A DNA stretch of 64,000 nucleotides from assembly GCA_965279515.1 (NCBI GenBank), contig CBDIID010000003.1, forward strand, positions 4,768,001-4,832,000, in the 5' to 3' direction. Made by a program: the position numbers and the translations under genes. The DNA is from Turneriella sp. (GTDB lineage: Bacteria; Spirochaetota; Leptospiria; Turneriellales; Turneriellaceae). Below the pieces are notes generated by a model that did no database searches, was not told the origin of the DNA, and saw only the letters and a list, made by a program, of their open reading frames with translations. Every line of letters starts with the position of its first letter. Position 1 is the first letter of the stretch. Shown piece after piece: positions 55,202-64,000 of this stretch.

Positions 55202-56982
55202 TGACCAACCTCAGGCCGCTTTTTGACAAAAATGCGGCGGCGTTCACAGCGCGGCACCGCCTTGTTGGCTCTCCGGATTTTGGCGCCCTATGGCAGGCAT
55301 TAACTGAGGCAGAACTTCAGGCGCTGGCCGAAGGTGTCGAAAAGGGCAGGTGGCTATGCAAGGGAAAGCTCCTGCACTCGGAACGCGACCCCCGGCGCGA
55401 GGCAACGCGGGCCGCCGAATCGTATGCCGCCGCGCAGGCTTTAATCTGTATATCGGCAGGCGCGGGATATCTCTTCGCCGCATTACCGGCAGGGGTCAGA
55501 AAGGTTTTGCTGATCGAAAGCGATCCCTTTTGCCTGGCTGCGTTTTTTCTTTCGGGTGAATTCCTCACATTCCACGGCGAGCTGACGCTTTTTGCCGACC
55601 CTTTAACGCGCGCTGATGCGCTCGAAGAAATTCTGCCGTGGCTACAGGGAAAAAATCTCAAACGCACACTGATTTACTGCCATGCGGCGATGCTGCAGAT
55701 TGACAAGCCGCGCCTGACGCGCACGTATGAGCGCGTCGTGCAGCTCTTTGAAAAACGCAGCGTCAACCAGGCGACGATTGTGAAATTCCAGCAGCTCTGG
55801 AACAAAAATATTTTTCTCAACCGTCGCGCGATTGCCGCAGGCGGTACGATGAAATCCATATGGGAGGGAAATCCGCCCGAAGCCATTGTGCTTGCGGGTG
55901 CAGGCCCGTCGCTGGGGGCATCGCTGCCAGATCTCAAACAATACCGCAACCGCTTTGTTCTCTTTGCTGCCGATACGGCGCTCATACCCCTCAGCAAAGC
56001 GGGCATCCAGCCGGATTTCGTCTTTTCTGCCGACCCGCAATGGCTGAACCATTATTTTGCCCAAACCAGTGCGGCGGCGCATTCTGTCTGGGTGATGGAC
56101 CCCGTTGTTTGTCCCGCGATACCGCGGCATGCGCAGGGCCTCGGGGCGACGGTGCTGTTCTGGAACAATGTTTTCCTCGCCGACGTGCATTTTCGCAGCG
56201 AAGATCGCGGTGATGTCGCGCATGGCGGCTCGGTATCGACGAATGCATTTGATGTCGCGATGCACTGGCTGAGGCGGCGTGACGCGACGGACACGGGAAA
56301 ACTCATTCTCGTCGGGCAAGATCTCTCGTTCAGCAACCGCCAGGCGCATACCAAGGGCGCTGTGCTTGAGGCGCAGGTCTATGCGCATGCAACGCGGCTG
56401 CGCACCATGGAGCAGCACAATTACCGGCAGATGACGGCGATGCCGGTGCTCTGGCAGCGGGGTATCAGGCAGGAAAAGGTGAGGACGAACGGCAAGCTCA
56501 GGATCTTCCACGACTGGTTTGAGGCGCGCGCTGCGGAGTGCGATAAGGAAAAAATCCGGCTCATCAATGCGACTGTCGACGGTGCCTACCTCAACGGCTT
56601 TGAACATCTTTCACTCGGCGATGCGCTTGCGTCGGTTCCCAACGGGGATTTCCACTTTGCCCCAAAGCCACAGTTTCCCAGGCCAGAGATTCATGGCAAT
56701 GCGGATTTACTTTCCCGGCTCGAACGGATACAGAAAATCATGGCTGAAAATGCGAAGTGGGCCGCAGTGCACAATCCCGATTCCGCGACCGTTGAACGGC
56801 TCAACCGCAATGATGCCGAATTCAAAAACCTGGGTTTTGCCAAAGAAATCGTGGCACTCAACGCGCAGGCATTAATCCTGAAAATCACCGAACAGGGTGA
56901 TGAGGTCGATGCGCCGGAGTTTTACCGGGCGATGGCACGTGCCGCGCGGGCGATCCGTCACTGGGCGGGCAAGGTCTTTTAG
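55201..56982 (+). CDS. Motility-associated factor (Maf)/MptE-like protein
   Basis: GAGPSL, ADTAL, DP, GGSVS, LVGQDLSF, INAT. Confidence 0.85.
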   Translation: MTNLRPLFDKNAAAFTARHRLVGSPDFGALWQALTEAELQALAEGVEKGRWLCKGKLLHSERDPRREATRAAESYAAAQALICISAGAGYLFAALPAGVRKVLLIESDPFCLAAFFLSGEFLTFHGELTLFADPLTRADALEEILPWLQGKNLKRTLIYCHAAMLQIDKPRLTRTYERVVQLFEKRSVNQATIVKFQQLWNKNIFLNRRAIAAGGTMKSIWEGNPPEAIVLAGAGPSLGASLPDLKQYRNRFVLFAADTALIPLSKAGIQPDFVFSADPQWLNHYFAQTSAAAHSVWVMDPVVCPAIPRHAQGLGATVLFWNNVFLADVHFRSEDRGDVAHGGSVSTNAFDVAMHWLRRRDATDTGKLILVGQDLSFSNRQAHTKGAVLEAQVYAHATRLRTMEQHNYRQMTAMPVLWQRGIRQEKVRTNGKLRIFHDWFEARAAECDKEKIRLINATVDGAYLNGFEHLSLGDALASVPNGDFHFAPKPQFPRPEIHGNADLLSRLERIQKIMAENAKWAAVHNPDSATVERLNRNDAEFKNLGFAKEIVALNAQALILKITEQGDEVDAPEFYRAMARAARAIRHWAGKVF

Positions 56983-57008
56983 ACCAGCAGTTTCCTGAAA
57001 GGAAACTG

Positions 57009-58559
57009 TTAGATCTTCAACTTCAAATATTTTGCCGAATGCCGCCGCGTCTTGGTGAGGAGTGCCGCGTTCTTTTCGAGCGATTTGCCATAGGTCGGAA
57101 TCATATGTTTGAGCTTCTTTTGCCACGCCGCCGACTTCATATTGGTTTCAAAACACCGGGCGAGAATATCGATCGCTATCGCTACCGACGTCGAAGCGCC
57201 GGGGGATGCGCCCAAGAGAGCAACCAGCGAGCTGTCATGGGCGGCGATAATTTCTGTGCCGAATTCAAGCACGCCGCCTTCTTCTTCATCGGCACGTATG
57301 ACCTGGACGCGCTGACCGGCGACCAAGAGTTCCCAGTCTTCGTTCTTTGCCGTCGGCATAAATTCGCGCAGCGCATTCATGCGCTCGTTATGAGACTGGC
57401 TCGCCTGTTGTATCAGGTATTTGGTCAGTGAAATGTTGTGAAGTCCTGCCGCAATCATCGGGATGAGATTTTTGAATTCGAGGGACTTCATGAGGTCGAG
57501 ATAAGAGCCCTTTTTCAGGAATTTTGTAGAGAAGCCGGCGTAGGGGCCGAACAGGAGTTCCTTTTTACCGTCGATATAACGCGTATCGAGGTGAGGCACC
57601 GACATGGGCGGGGTGCCGCCCGATGCCCTGCCATAAACTTTCGCCTCATGGCGTTCGATGATGTCCCTGTTCTTGCAGCGCAGCCATTGCCCGCTGACGG
57701 GAAAGCCGCCGTAGCCCTCGGCTTCCTCAATATCAGATTTTTCGAGCAGCGGCAGCGCGCCACCTCCGGCTCCGATGAAGACGAAGTTTGAATCGACGTG
57801 GAATTTTTTCTTTTTCTTCAGGTTGACGACCGTCATATTCCATTGCCCGTTTTTATCGCGGTGCAGGTCGCGGACTTCGTGGTTGTAATAGACCGTGATC
57901 CCGGCGCGGTTGTCGAGATAATCGAACAGGCTGCGAGTCAGGTTGCCGAAATTGACGTCGGTACCGTAATCGACCCGTGTCGCCGCGATCTTTTGTTTGG
58001 CGTCCCGGCCGTCCATAATCAAAGGCGCCCACTTTTTGATATCCTCAGCATTTGTGGTGAATTTCATACCCTTGAAAAGCGGACTCTTGGTAAGGCCGGC
58101 ATGGCGTTTTTTCAAAAACGCCGCGTTTTCATCACCCCAGACAAAACTGATGTGCGGCACCTGGCGGATGAACTTTTCCGGCGACTGGAGATAACCCTTA
58201 TGCGCGAGATGCGCCCAGAACTGTTTTGAGACTTCGAACTGCGATGCGATTTTCATCGCCTTGGAACAATCGACGACGCCTTTTTTCTTTTCCGGAGTAT
58301 AATTGAGTTCGCAGAACGCCGAATGCCCGGTGCCGGCGTTGTTCCAGGCGTCGGAGCTTTCACGCGCCGCTTCGCCGAGACGCTCGAAGACAGCGATTGT
58401 CAGGCCCGGCTCGAGCTCTTTGAGCATCATCGCCAGCGTAGCGCTCATAATTCCGGCGCCGATCAGTACAATATCGGGCGTCTCACGGATATCATACCAT
58501 TCTTTGTTTTCTGAAGCCATACGCGTCAGATTTTCTTTCTTCTTCTTACCAAATATCAT
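57009..58559 (-). CDS. mqo: Malate:quinone oxidoreductase
   Basis: IGAGIMSATL, WNNAGTGHSAFCELNYT, PPMSVPHLDTR, GASPGASTSV. Confidence 0.97.
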   Translation of the reverse strand: MIFGKKKKENLTRMASENKEWYDIRETPDIVLIGAGIMSATLAMMLKELEPGLTIAVFERLGEAARESSDAWNNAGTGHSAFCELNYTPEKKKGVVDCSKAMKIASQFEVSKQFWAHLAHKGYLQSPEKFIRQVPHISFVWGDENAAFLKKRHAGLTKSPLFKGMKFTTNAEDIKKWAPLIMDGRDAKQKIAATRVDYGTDVNFGNLTRSLFDYLDNRAGITVYYNHEVRDLHRDKNGQWNMTVVNLKKKKKFHVDSNFVFIGAGGGALPLLEKSDIEEAEGYGGFPVSGQWLRCKNRDIIERHEAKVYGRASGGTPPMSVPHLDTRYIDGKKELLFGPYAGFSTKFLKKGSYLDLMKSLEFKNLIPMIAAGLHNISLTKYLIQQASQSHNERMNALREFMPTAKNEDWELLVAGQRVQVIRADEEEGGVLEFGTEIIAAHDSSLVALLGASPGASTSVAIAIDILARCFETNMKSAAWQKKLKHMIPTYGKSLEKNAALLTKTRRHSAKYLKLKI

Positions 58560-60127
58560 TGCGGAATTTTTTTCGTCAGGATTACCTGGTTGCCTTTTTC
58601 ATTGAAGGTTACCGTGTCGAAGACATTGCGTGTCATGATGATACCGCGGCCGTGTTCCAGCATGGCGAGGTAGGGGTCTGTTTTAGCCCGGTCGAGAAAG
58701 GTATGGTGATCAAACCCGTCACCCTCATCAGTGACGCGGAACATCAGTGCGCGGCCGTTGATGAGATAATCGACAAACACGCGCCGGGCAGCATATTTCT
58801 GCTCTTTCTGGCGCGCCAGCAGAAACTCCATATAGTCAGATTTTTCAATGGCGCGCGACTTTTCGTCAAAGGTGATGCCGAGATTGCCATGCTCGATGGC
58901 GTTGACGAGAATTTCCCGGAAACAGATTCTGATTGTGTTAACCACGGCAGTGGTAAAATAACGCGTCAGGCGTTCGGTGAGTTTTTGACTCAGGATCTCA
59001 GCATGTGTGACGTTGTTAGATATGACATAGCGGCCCTTTTCCTTGTCGAGAAAGCGCTGTGAGATATCCTGTTCGATGCGCGATATCTTGCCGATGAGCT
59101 CGGCCGCATCGGCGACGTCGGGTTTTTGCAGCGTGATCTGCACATCGACGGGTTCATACATGTGCTTTTTGCGCAGTGACGTACGGAAGCCTACCAGCTT
59201 TTTGCCTTCGGCAAAGGCACGCATATGTTCGCGCACGATACCGCGGTTGAGATTCGGGTCACCCTCGAGACCGTCGGGGATGAAATCATACAGCTTCTCG
59301 CCGATCATCTCTTCAGGGTTAAAACCGAGCAGCGTACGCGCGGTCTGGTTCATACTCAGGATCTCGCCGGCCTCGTTCATCTGGAATATCATGTCGCTCG
59401 AGTCGTCGACCAGGTGGCGGTACTTGGCTTCGGCCATCTCAAGCTTGGGTATGGTTTCGTTCAAGAGGCCCTGTGTGTGATTTTTCTCGTGGGCGAGCAA
59501 ACGCTCCGTCAGGTGCACCTGTTTCCAGTTATAGACCGAGTAGATAAAGAGCAGGCCAAAGGCGACGAACCAGCAAAGATAGCCGCCGATTTCCGCTATG
59601 TCGGGAGGAATAGGGTAGAGCGGCGTGATATATTTGTAAGAAGCCAGTGAAGCCACAATCCCCAGCATCATCACCAGCGTATGAAAGAGGACATCCCCCC
59701 ATCTGCCGAATTCGTAGATGATAAAGACAACCGGCAATACACTGAACAGAATCAGGTGAATATGCACCCTCTCGCCGAGATAGACGGCGAGCAGAACACA
59801 GTACGCCGTATAAGAAATTGTGCTCAGGTAAGTGACACGGAAAGAACCCGTGCGGTTTTTGTACCAGGTAATGAGGCCGATGAAAAGGGGAAACGCGGTA
59901 TTGGCGATCGCGAAGGGCAGAAAATAACTGATATAGCGGTTAAAATCCTGCCGCAGCAGAAAAAACAAGATCACAAGTTCGACGATGACGAGAAAGGCGT
60001 TGGCGAGAAAATTCAGCGAGAGCAAAAGGTTGAGAACACGATTGAGCTTGATCTCTGTGGGCGTGGAAAAATGCCGCTGCCCCGAGGTCAGATAATTTTC
60101 CCACAACGCCGCGGTGCGCTTCAACAT
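58556..60127 (-). CDS. Membrane PAS + RsbW-like HATPase (anti-sigma/serine kinase)
   Basis: TMs, PAS (YRHLVDDSSDMIF), EILVNAIEHGNL, DEGDGFD, HGRGI, FNEKGN. Start ATG 60127. Confidence 0.85.
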   Translation of the reverse strand: MLKRTAALWENYLTSGQRHFSTPTEIKLNRVLNLLLSLNFLANAFLVIVELVILFFLLRQDFNRYISYFLPFAIANTAFPLFIGLITWYKNRTGSFRVTYLSTISYTAYCVLLAVYLGERVHIHLILFSVLPVVFIIYEFGRWGDVLFHTLVMMLGIVASLASYKYITPLYPIPPDIAEIGGYLCWFVAFGLLFIYSVYNWKQVHLTERLLAHEKNHTQGLLNETIPKLEMAEAKYRHLVDDSSDMIFQMNEAGEILSMNQTARTLLGFNPEEMIGEKLYDFIPDGLEGDPNLNRGIVREHMRAFAEGKKLVGFRTSLRKKHMYEPVDVQITLQKPDVADAAELIGKISRIEQDISQRFLDKEKGRYVISNNVTHAEILSQKLTERLTRYFTTAVVNTIRICFREILVNAIEHGNLGITFDEKSRAIEKSDYMEFLLARQKEQKYAARRVFVDYLINGRALMFRVTDEGDGFDHHTFLDRAKTDPYLAMLEHGRGIIMTRNVFDTVTFNEKGNQVILTKKIPQ

Positions 60128-60248
60128 GGCCTTAACCGCCGTCACGGCACAGCGAACCAGTGCATCGTAAAGGAGATTGCGCGGCAACGGCGCATTTGCC
60201 CGCCGGTCTTTGACTTGACCGCGCGGCCGGAAAAACAAAACACAAAAA

Positions 60249-61796
60249 ATGTCGACGAAGAACGAGTGGGGTAGCCGCCTCGGAATTATTCTGGCGGTGA
60301 CCGGTTCTGCCGTTGGCCTCGGTAACTTCCTGCGCTTTCCCGGGCTCGCCGCCAAGTACGGCGGTGGCACGTTCATGATTCCCTACGTGACCGCATTTCT
60401 GCTGCTGGGTTTACCGATCGCTTACATCGAATGGGCAATTGCGCGTTACGGTGGCACGCGCGGCTTCCACAGCGCTCCCGGCATCTTCCGCGTGCTCTGG
60501 TCGCATAAAGCCGCGCCTTATCTGGGGGTGCTCGGGCTCATTGTGCCTGTGGGAATCTACATGTATTACGTTTTCATCGAAGCCTGGTGTCTCTATTATG
60601 CATGGGGATTCATCACCGGGGCACTCAATCTCGGCACCGACGTCGCGGCATACAAAGGCTTTTTCGAGAGTTTTACCGGTTCGGGGGGGAACGGTAGCTT
60701 ATTCCATGGTTTTTCTCCCGCGCTGATTTCACTCCTCATCTGCTACGTGTTTAATTTCTTCTTTGTTTACCGCGGCATTGCCGGTATCGAACGTATCAGC
60801 CGCTGGGGCATGCCAATTCTGCTCGTGATCGCCCTCATTGTGCTTGTACGTGTCATGACTTTGGGCACTCCCAACCCGGCATTTCCCGAACGTAACGTCG
60901 TCAACGGCCTGGGGCATTTGTGGAATCCACCGCAGCAGGGTATTCTCACTTCGCTCGCCAATGCGCAGCTGTGGATGGACGCTGCGGGGCAGATCTTTTT
61001 TTCCCTCTCTGTTGGCTTCGGCGTGATCATTAACTACGCCAGTTACCTGAATAAAAAAGACGACATCATGCTATCGGCGACTACGGCTGCAGCGGGCAAT
61101 GAATTTGCCGAAGTCGCACTCGGGGGGCTCATCACTGTGCCAGCAGCATTTGTTTTTCTCGGCGCGGCTGGCATCGGCGGTACCTTCGGCCTGGGCTTTG
61201 TCTCTTTGCCCGCGGTTTTTGCGCACATGCCCTTAGGCCAGGTCTTCGGCGCTTTATGGTTTTTCCTGCTGTTCATCGCCGCGATCACCAGTTCGGTTTC
61301 GATGATCCAGCCGGGTATAGCCTTTCTCGAAGAGGGGCTCAATCTCGACCGCAGAAAAAGTTCGGCGGTTCTGCTGCTCATTACCCTGGGGGGATCTCTC
61401 TTTGTGGCCTATTATTCTGCCGGGCTCGAAGCATTGGATACCATGGACTTCTGGGCGGGAACCTTCTTTATATTCGTGCTGGCGCTTTTCCAGGTGATTG
61501 TCGCGGGCTGGCTGTTCGGCGTCGAAAACGTGCTCGCCGAAGCGGCGCAGGGGTCGCGTATGCGGATTCCCAAAATTTTGCCATTCCTTATCAAGTATGT
61601 CTGCCCGGCTTTTCTCGGCACGGTGTTTGTTTTCTGGTGCATACAGAAATTGCCTGAGCAATGGACAAAGATGCAGACCAACCCCGTGACACAGTTTACG
61701 GTGATTTTTCTGGTTGCGGCGCTGGCGCTCTTCCTGGTTTTCACACATTTTGCCGTGCGTAACTGGCAGAAACGTAAAGCGGGGGTACCCGTATGA
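60249..61796 (+). CDS. Sodium-dependent NSS (LeuT-family) transporter
   Basis: GSAVGLGNFLRFP, GQIFFSLSVG, YASY, AAITSS. Confidence 0.95.
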   Translation: MSTKNEWGSRLGIILAVTGSAVGLGNFLRFPGLAAKYGGGTFMIPYVTAFLLLGLPIAYIEWAIARYGGTRGFHSAPGIFRVLWSHKAAPYLGVLGLIVPVGIYMYYVFIEAWCLYYAWGFITGALNLGTDVAAYKGFFESFTGSGGNGSLFHGFSPALISLLICYVFNFFFVYRGIAGIERISRWGMPILLVIALIVLVRVMTLGTPNPAFPERNVVNGLGHLWNPPQQGILTSLANAQLWMDAAGQIFFSLSVGFGVIINYASYLNKKDDIMLSATTAAAGNEFAEVALGGLITVPAAFVFLGAAGIGGTFGLGFVSLPAVFAHMPLGQVFGALWFFLLFIAAITSSVSMIQPGIAFLEEGLNLDRRKSSAVLLLITLGGSLFVAYYSAGLEALDTMDFWAGTFFIFVLALFQVIVAGWLFGVENVLAEAAQGSRMRIPKILPFLIKYVCPAFLGTVFVFWCIQKLPEQWTKMQTNPVTQFTVIFLVAALALFLVFTHFAVRNWQKRKAGVPV

Positions 61797-61891
61797 CCAC
61801 CGCGGGCTGGATTGTCATGGCCTTATCCGTGACCTCGGTAACCGTGTTTTTCTTTTACAGCCTCTACCTGGCGCTGCGAAAAGACCGGTAG
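61793..61891 (+). CDS. 32-aa single-TM peptide, MetS-like NSS small subunit
   Basis: MTTAGWIVMALSVTSVTVFFFYSLYLALRKDR; ATGA overlap with the transporter stop; below ORF-track cutoff. Confidence 0.75.
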   Translation: MTTAGWIVMALSVTSVTVFFFYSLYLALRKDR

Positions 61892-61940
61892 TTGAAATAT
61901 CAGATGCCTTTGAATGGTTGGTAAAATTTAGCGGCAGAAG

Positions 61941-62702
61941 TTAGTCACCCGCAACGTTATATCTTTTTGCAAATTTGCTTTTCTCAACTACTGAAATAGT
62001 GCCAAAGAACGCGCCGGTGAAACAGGTATTTCGCGAGGAAATAAAGAAATTTCTGTTTAGATACTTGGCCAGGGTCTCAAGATAATGAATGGACTGACCA
62101 TCCATCGCAAACTCAGCAGGGACCTGAATCAGTGCAGCATGCATTTTTGTATTGCCCGAAAAATCTCTTAGAATAGCTTCTTTTATTTGCTCGAGTGGGT
62201 CTTTGCCAGGGCATCCGAAAAGAAAAATCTGTATCTCTGTCCCGATTGTTTTGCATTCGACCTTAAAAGGCATGCTGGCTTTAGAAAACAGCATTTCATT
62301 CGTCAACGTAAGCGCATCCTTGATCTTTTCCATCAAGTGTTGTAATGTTGCCGGTTTTGCGATGTAACCAATCGCGCCGAGTGCATTAGCCTTGAGAACC
62401 GATTCCCGGTCTTTGGAGCCAGTCAGCATTAACACGGGTGGCATTTTTATTTTTTGCTTATTTGCCTTCTCCAGAAGTGTAAAACCGTCAAGCTTGGGCA
62501 TATTGATGTCGCAAAGCATTAAGTCAAAATGCCCCTCGCCGAGCAGATCCAGGGCGAGTTGGCCATTTTCAGCATGGTGCAGGATGAAATTGAAGCGCTG
62601 TAATGCGGCCAAAATGAATCTTACGTATTGTTCATCATCGTCAACAATTAATATATGATATATTTTTAGTTTGCTGCTGTCGGGCATCTGCGCGCATGAC
62701 AT
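61941..62702 (-). CDS. Response regulator (REC + uncharacterised C-terminal domain)
   Basis: ILIVDDD, CDINMPKLDG, YIAKP; start uncertain. Confidence 0.85.
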   Translation of the reverse strand: MSCAQMPDSSKLKIYHILIVDDDEQYVRFILAALQRFNFILHHAENGQLALDLLGEGHFDLMLCDINMPKLDGFTLLEKANKQKIKMPPVLMLTGSKDRESVLKANALGAIGYIAKPATLQHLMEKIKDALTLTNEMLFSKASMPFKVECKTIGTEIQIFLFGCPGKDPLEQIKEAILRDFSGNTKMHAALIQVPAEFAMDGQSIHYLETLAKYLNRNFFISSRNTCFTGAFFGTISVVEKSKFAKRYNVAGD

Positions 62703-62848
62703 AGAATCTTCCCTGTTTTTCAACAACATCTTGAAACGGAAAAGCCGCTTTTCGGTGAGCGAGTTCAGCTTCAACATCCGATTTACGCCGTTTCGCGCCC
62801 TTTTATTTATGTACGCGAAGCAGCCTTGAATCCCGTTTCTCATTATCC

Positions 62849-64000
62849 ATGGTGAAAAAATCCGCATTCCTGAGACTCTTCATCTTCACAGCTTTGCTGT
62901 ACTCCGGTGCCGTTTTCTCCGCCGCTCCGCGGCGGCGCCTCATTATCTGGTCGATCGATGGTTTCGCCGCTGGCTATCTCACGAATCCCGATTTCCAGAA
63001 AAGCGCCGTCTGGCAGCGGTTACTCCGGCGCGGCAAGGTTTTCGCACCTGTGGAAACCACGATCCCGGCGGTGACCTATCCCGCGCACACGGCCATGGTG
63101 ACAGGCGTTGATACCGCAATGCACCGCCTGCATTCAAACCATCCGGTTGACCCCTTTAATCTCTCCAAAGACGGCTGGACATGGTATAGCGAAGACATCC
63201 ATGCAAAGCCGCTCTGGGATTTCGCCCGCGAGCAGGGCAAATCGGTCGCCAACATCATGTGGCCCGTCACGATGCTGGGCACGGGCCGGATCAAATACCA
63301 TATTCCGCAATTCGACCGCGCGAGGGGGCCCGAAGAGCTGAAACTCATGCGTGCGATATCGACACCGGGGCTGCACCGTGAAGTCGAAGCACATACCCAG
63401 GTGCAGCTCAATGAACATTCGGGCGATGCCGAGCGTATCCGCGCGGGCAAATATATCTGGAAAACAAAAAGGCCCGACCTGATGTTGCTCTATAATCCGG
63501 GACTCGATACCCTGGAGCATGGGAACGGTGCGTATTCCGCCGCCGCGCTCGCGCACCTGGAATTTTTAGGGGCAGAGATTGAGTTATTCCTGAAAGAACA
63601 GGGGAAACTTCGCGCGCGCGACCGCACCGCTGTGCTGATTGTCTCAGACCATGGTTTCATGACGTTTCACGGCAAATGCCATCCCAACGCGATTCTAAAG
63701 AATATGGGCTACATCGATGCGGCAAAACAACGCTGGCAGTATGCCTTCGACACTGCGGGTGGTGTGGCGCGGCTGGTCGCCAATAACAATGCGCCGGCTT
63801 TCAGAAAGCAGGAATTCGGCGATATCTTAACGCAGAATTGTCCCGATATCGAGCTGGTTGCGGCTGGGCATGAGGACTTTGCCCGTTTGAAATCCCGTTA
63901 CGATGCGAAAGCCCAGGTCTTTTTGGTGGGTCGCGCCAATGTGCTCATGAGCGCTTCAGCGAATAAAGAGATCTACAACGCCGAAGCCACGGGGCATACG
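62849..64000 (+). CDS. Exported nucleotide pyrophosphatase/phosphodiesterase (alkaline phosphatase superfamily), runs off the window
   Basis: Not in ORF track. Manual translation: MVKKSAFLRL...IIWSIDGF...PAVTYPAHTAMVTG...LDTLEH...VSDHGF. Confidence 0.9.
   Translation, partial: MVKKSAFLRLFIFTALLYSGAVFSAAPRRRLIIWSIDGFAAGYLTNPDFQKSAVWQRLLRRGKVFAPVETTIPAVTYPAHTAMVTGVDTAMHRLHSNHPVDPFNLSKDGWTWYSEDIHAKPLWDFAREQGKSVANIMWPVTMLGTGRIKYHIPQFDRARGPEELKLMRAISTPGLHREVEAHTQVQLNEHSGDAERIRAGKYIWKTKRPDLMLLYNPGLDTLEHGNGAYSAAALAHLEFLGAEIELFLKEQGKLRARDRTAVLIVSDHGFMTFHGKCHPNAILKNMGYIDAAKQRWQYAFDTAGGVARLVANNNAPAFRKQEFGDILTQNCPDIELVAAGHEDFARLKSRYDAKAQVFLVGRANVLMSASANKEIYNAEATGHT

Noticed and set aside
61941..62800. 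AT-richer response regulator as another cassette
   Set aside because: No attC-like ends or terminal inverted repeats found around it.

Overview
A 64-kb stretch of GC-rich bacterial chromosome. Gene content suggests a spirochete of the Leptospiraceae, possibly Turneriella-like (DUF1564-like paralogs, TPR-tailed SpoIIE phosphatases, GldAFG-like ABC system); this is inference only. Most of the window is housekeeping: topA, a sigma-70 factor, fadD, bioFDAB, tRNA-Asp, pyrB, hisD, transketolase N-subunit, bamA, serB, mqo and an NSS transporter. The most unusual region is 42.65-45.5 kb. It holds an AT-richer, integrase-less array of three integron-like cassettes (PIN toxin plus partner, a membrane protein, a GNAT) separated by long attC-like palindromes; two of the cassettes have self-complementary ends. 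Directly upstream is a periodic ~190-nt array of seven hairpins whose stems differ in sequence but keep their pairing and whose loops are almost all GGA-type, resembling a CsrA-sponge RNA. A two-hairpin relative lies at 20.1 kb. Other oddities: a tandem 5'-half copy of tRNA-Asp interrupted by a 26-nt insert related to a hairpin in the attC-like element; two DUF1564-like paralogs sharing a conserved leader, each near a perfect CAATTG-centred palindrome; tandem SET-domain genes; and two probable pseudo-enzymes (heme-c/cyclase-like and membrane-anchored endonuclease-IV-like). Family calls come from motif recognition by eye; no database searches were run.
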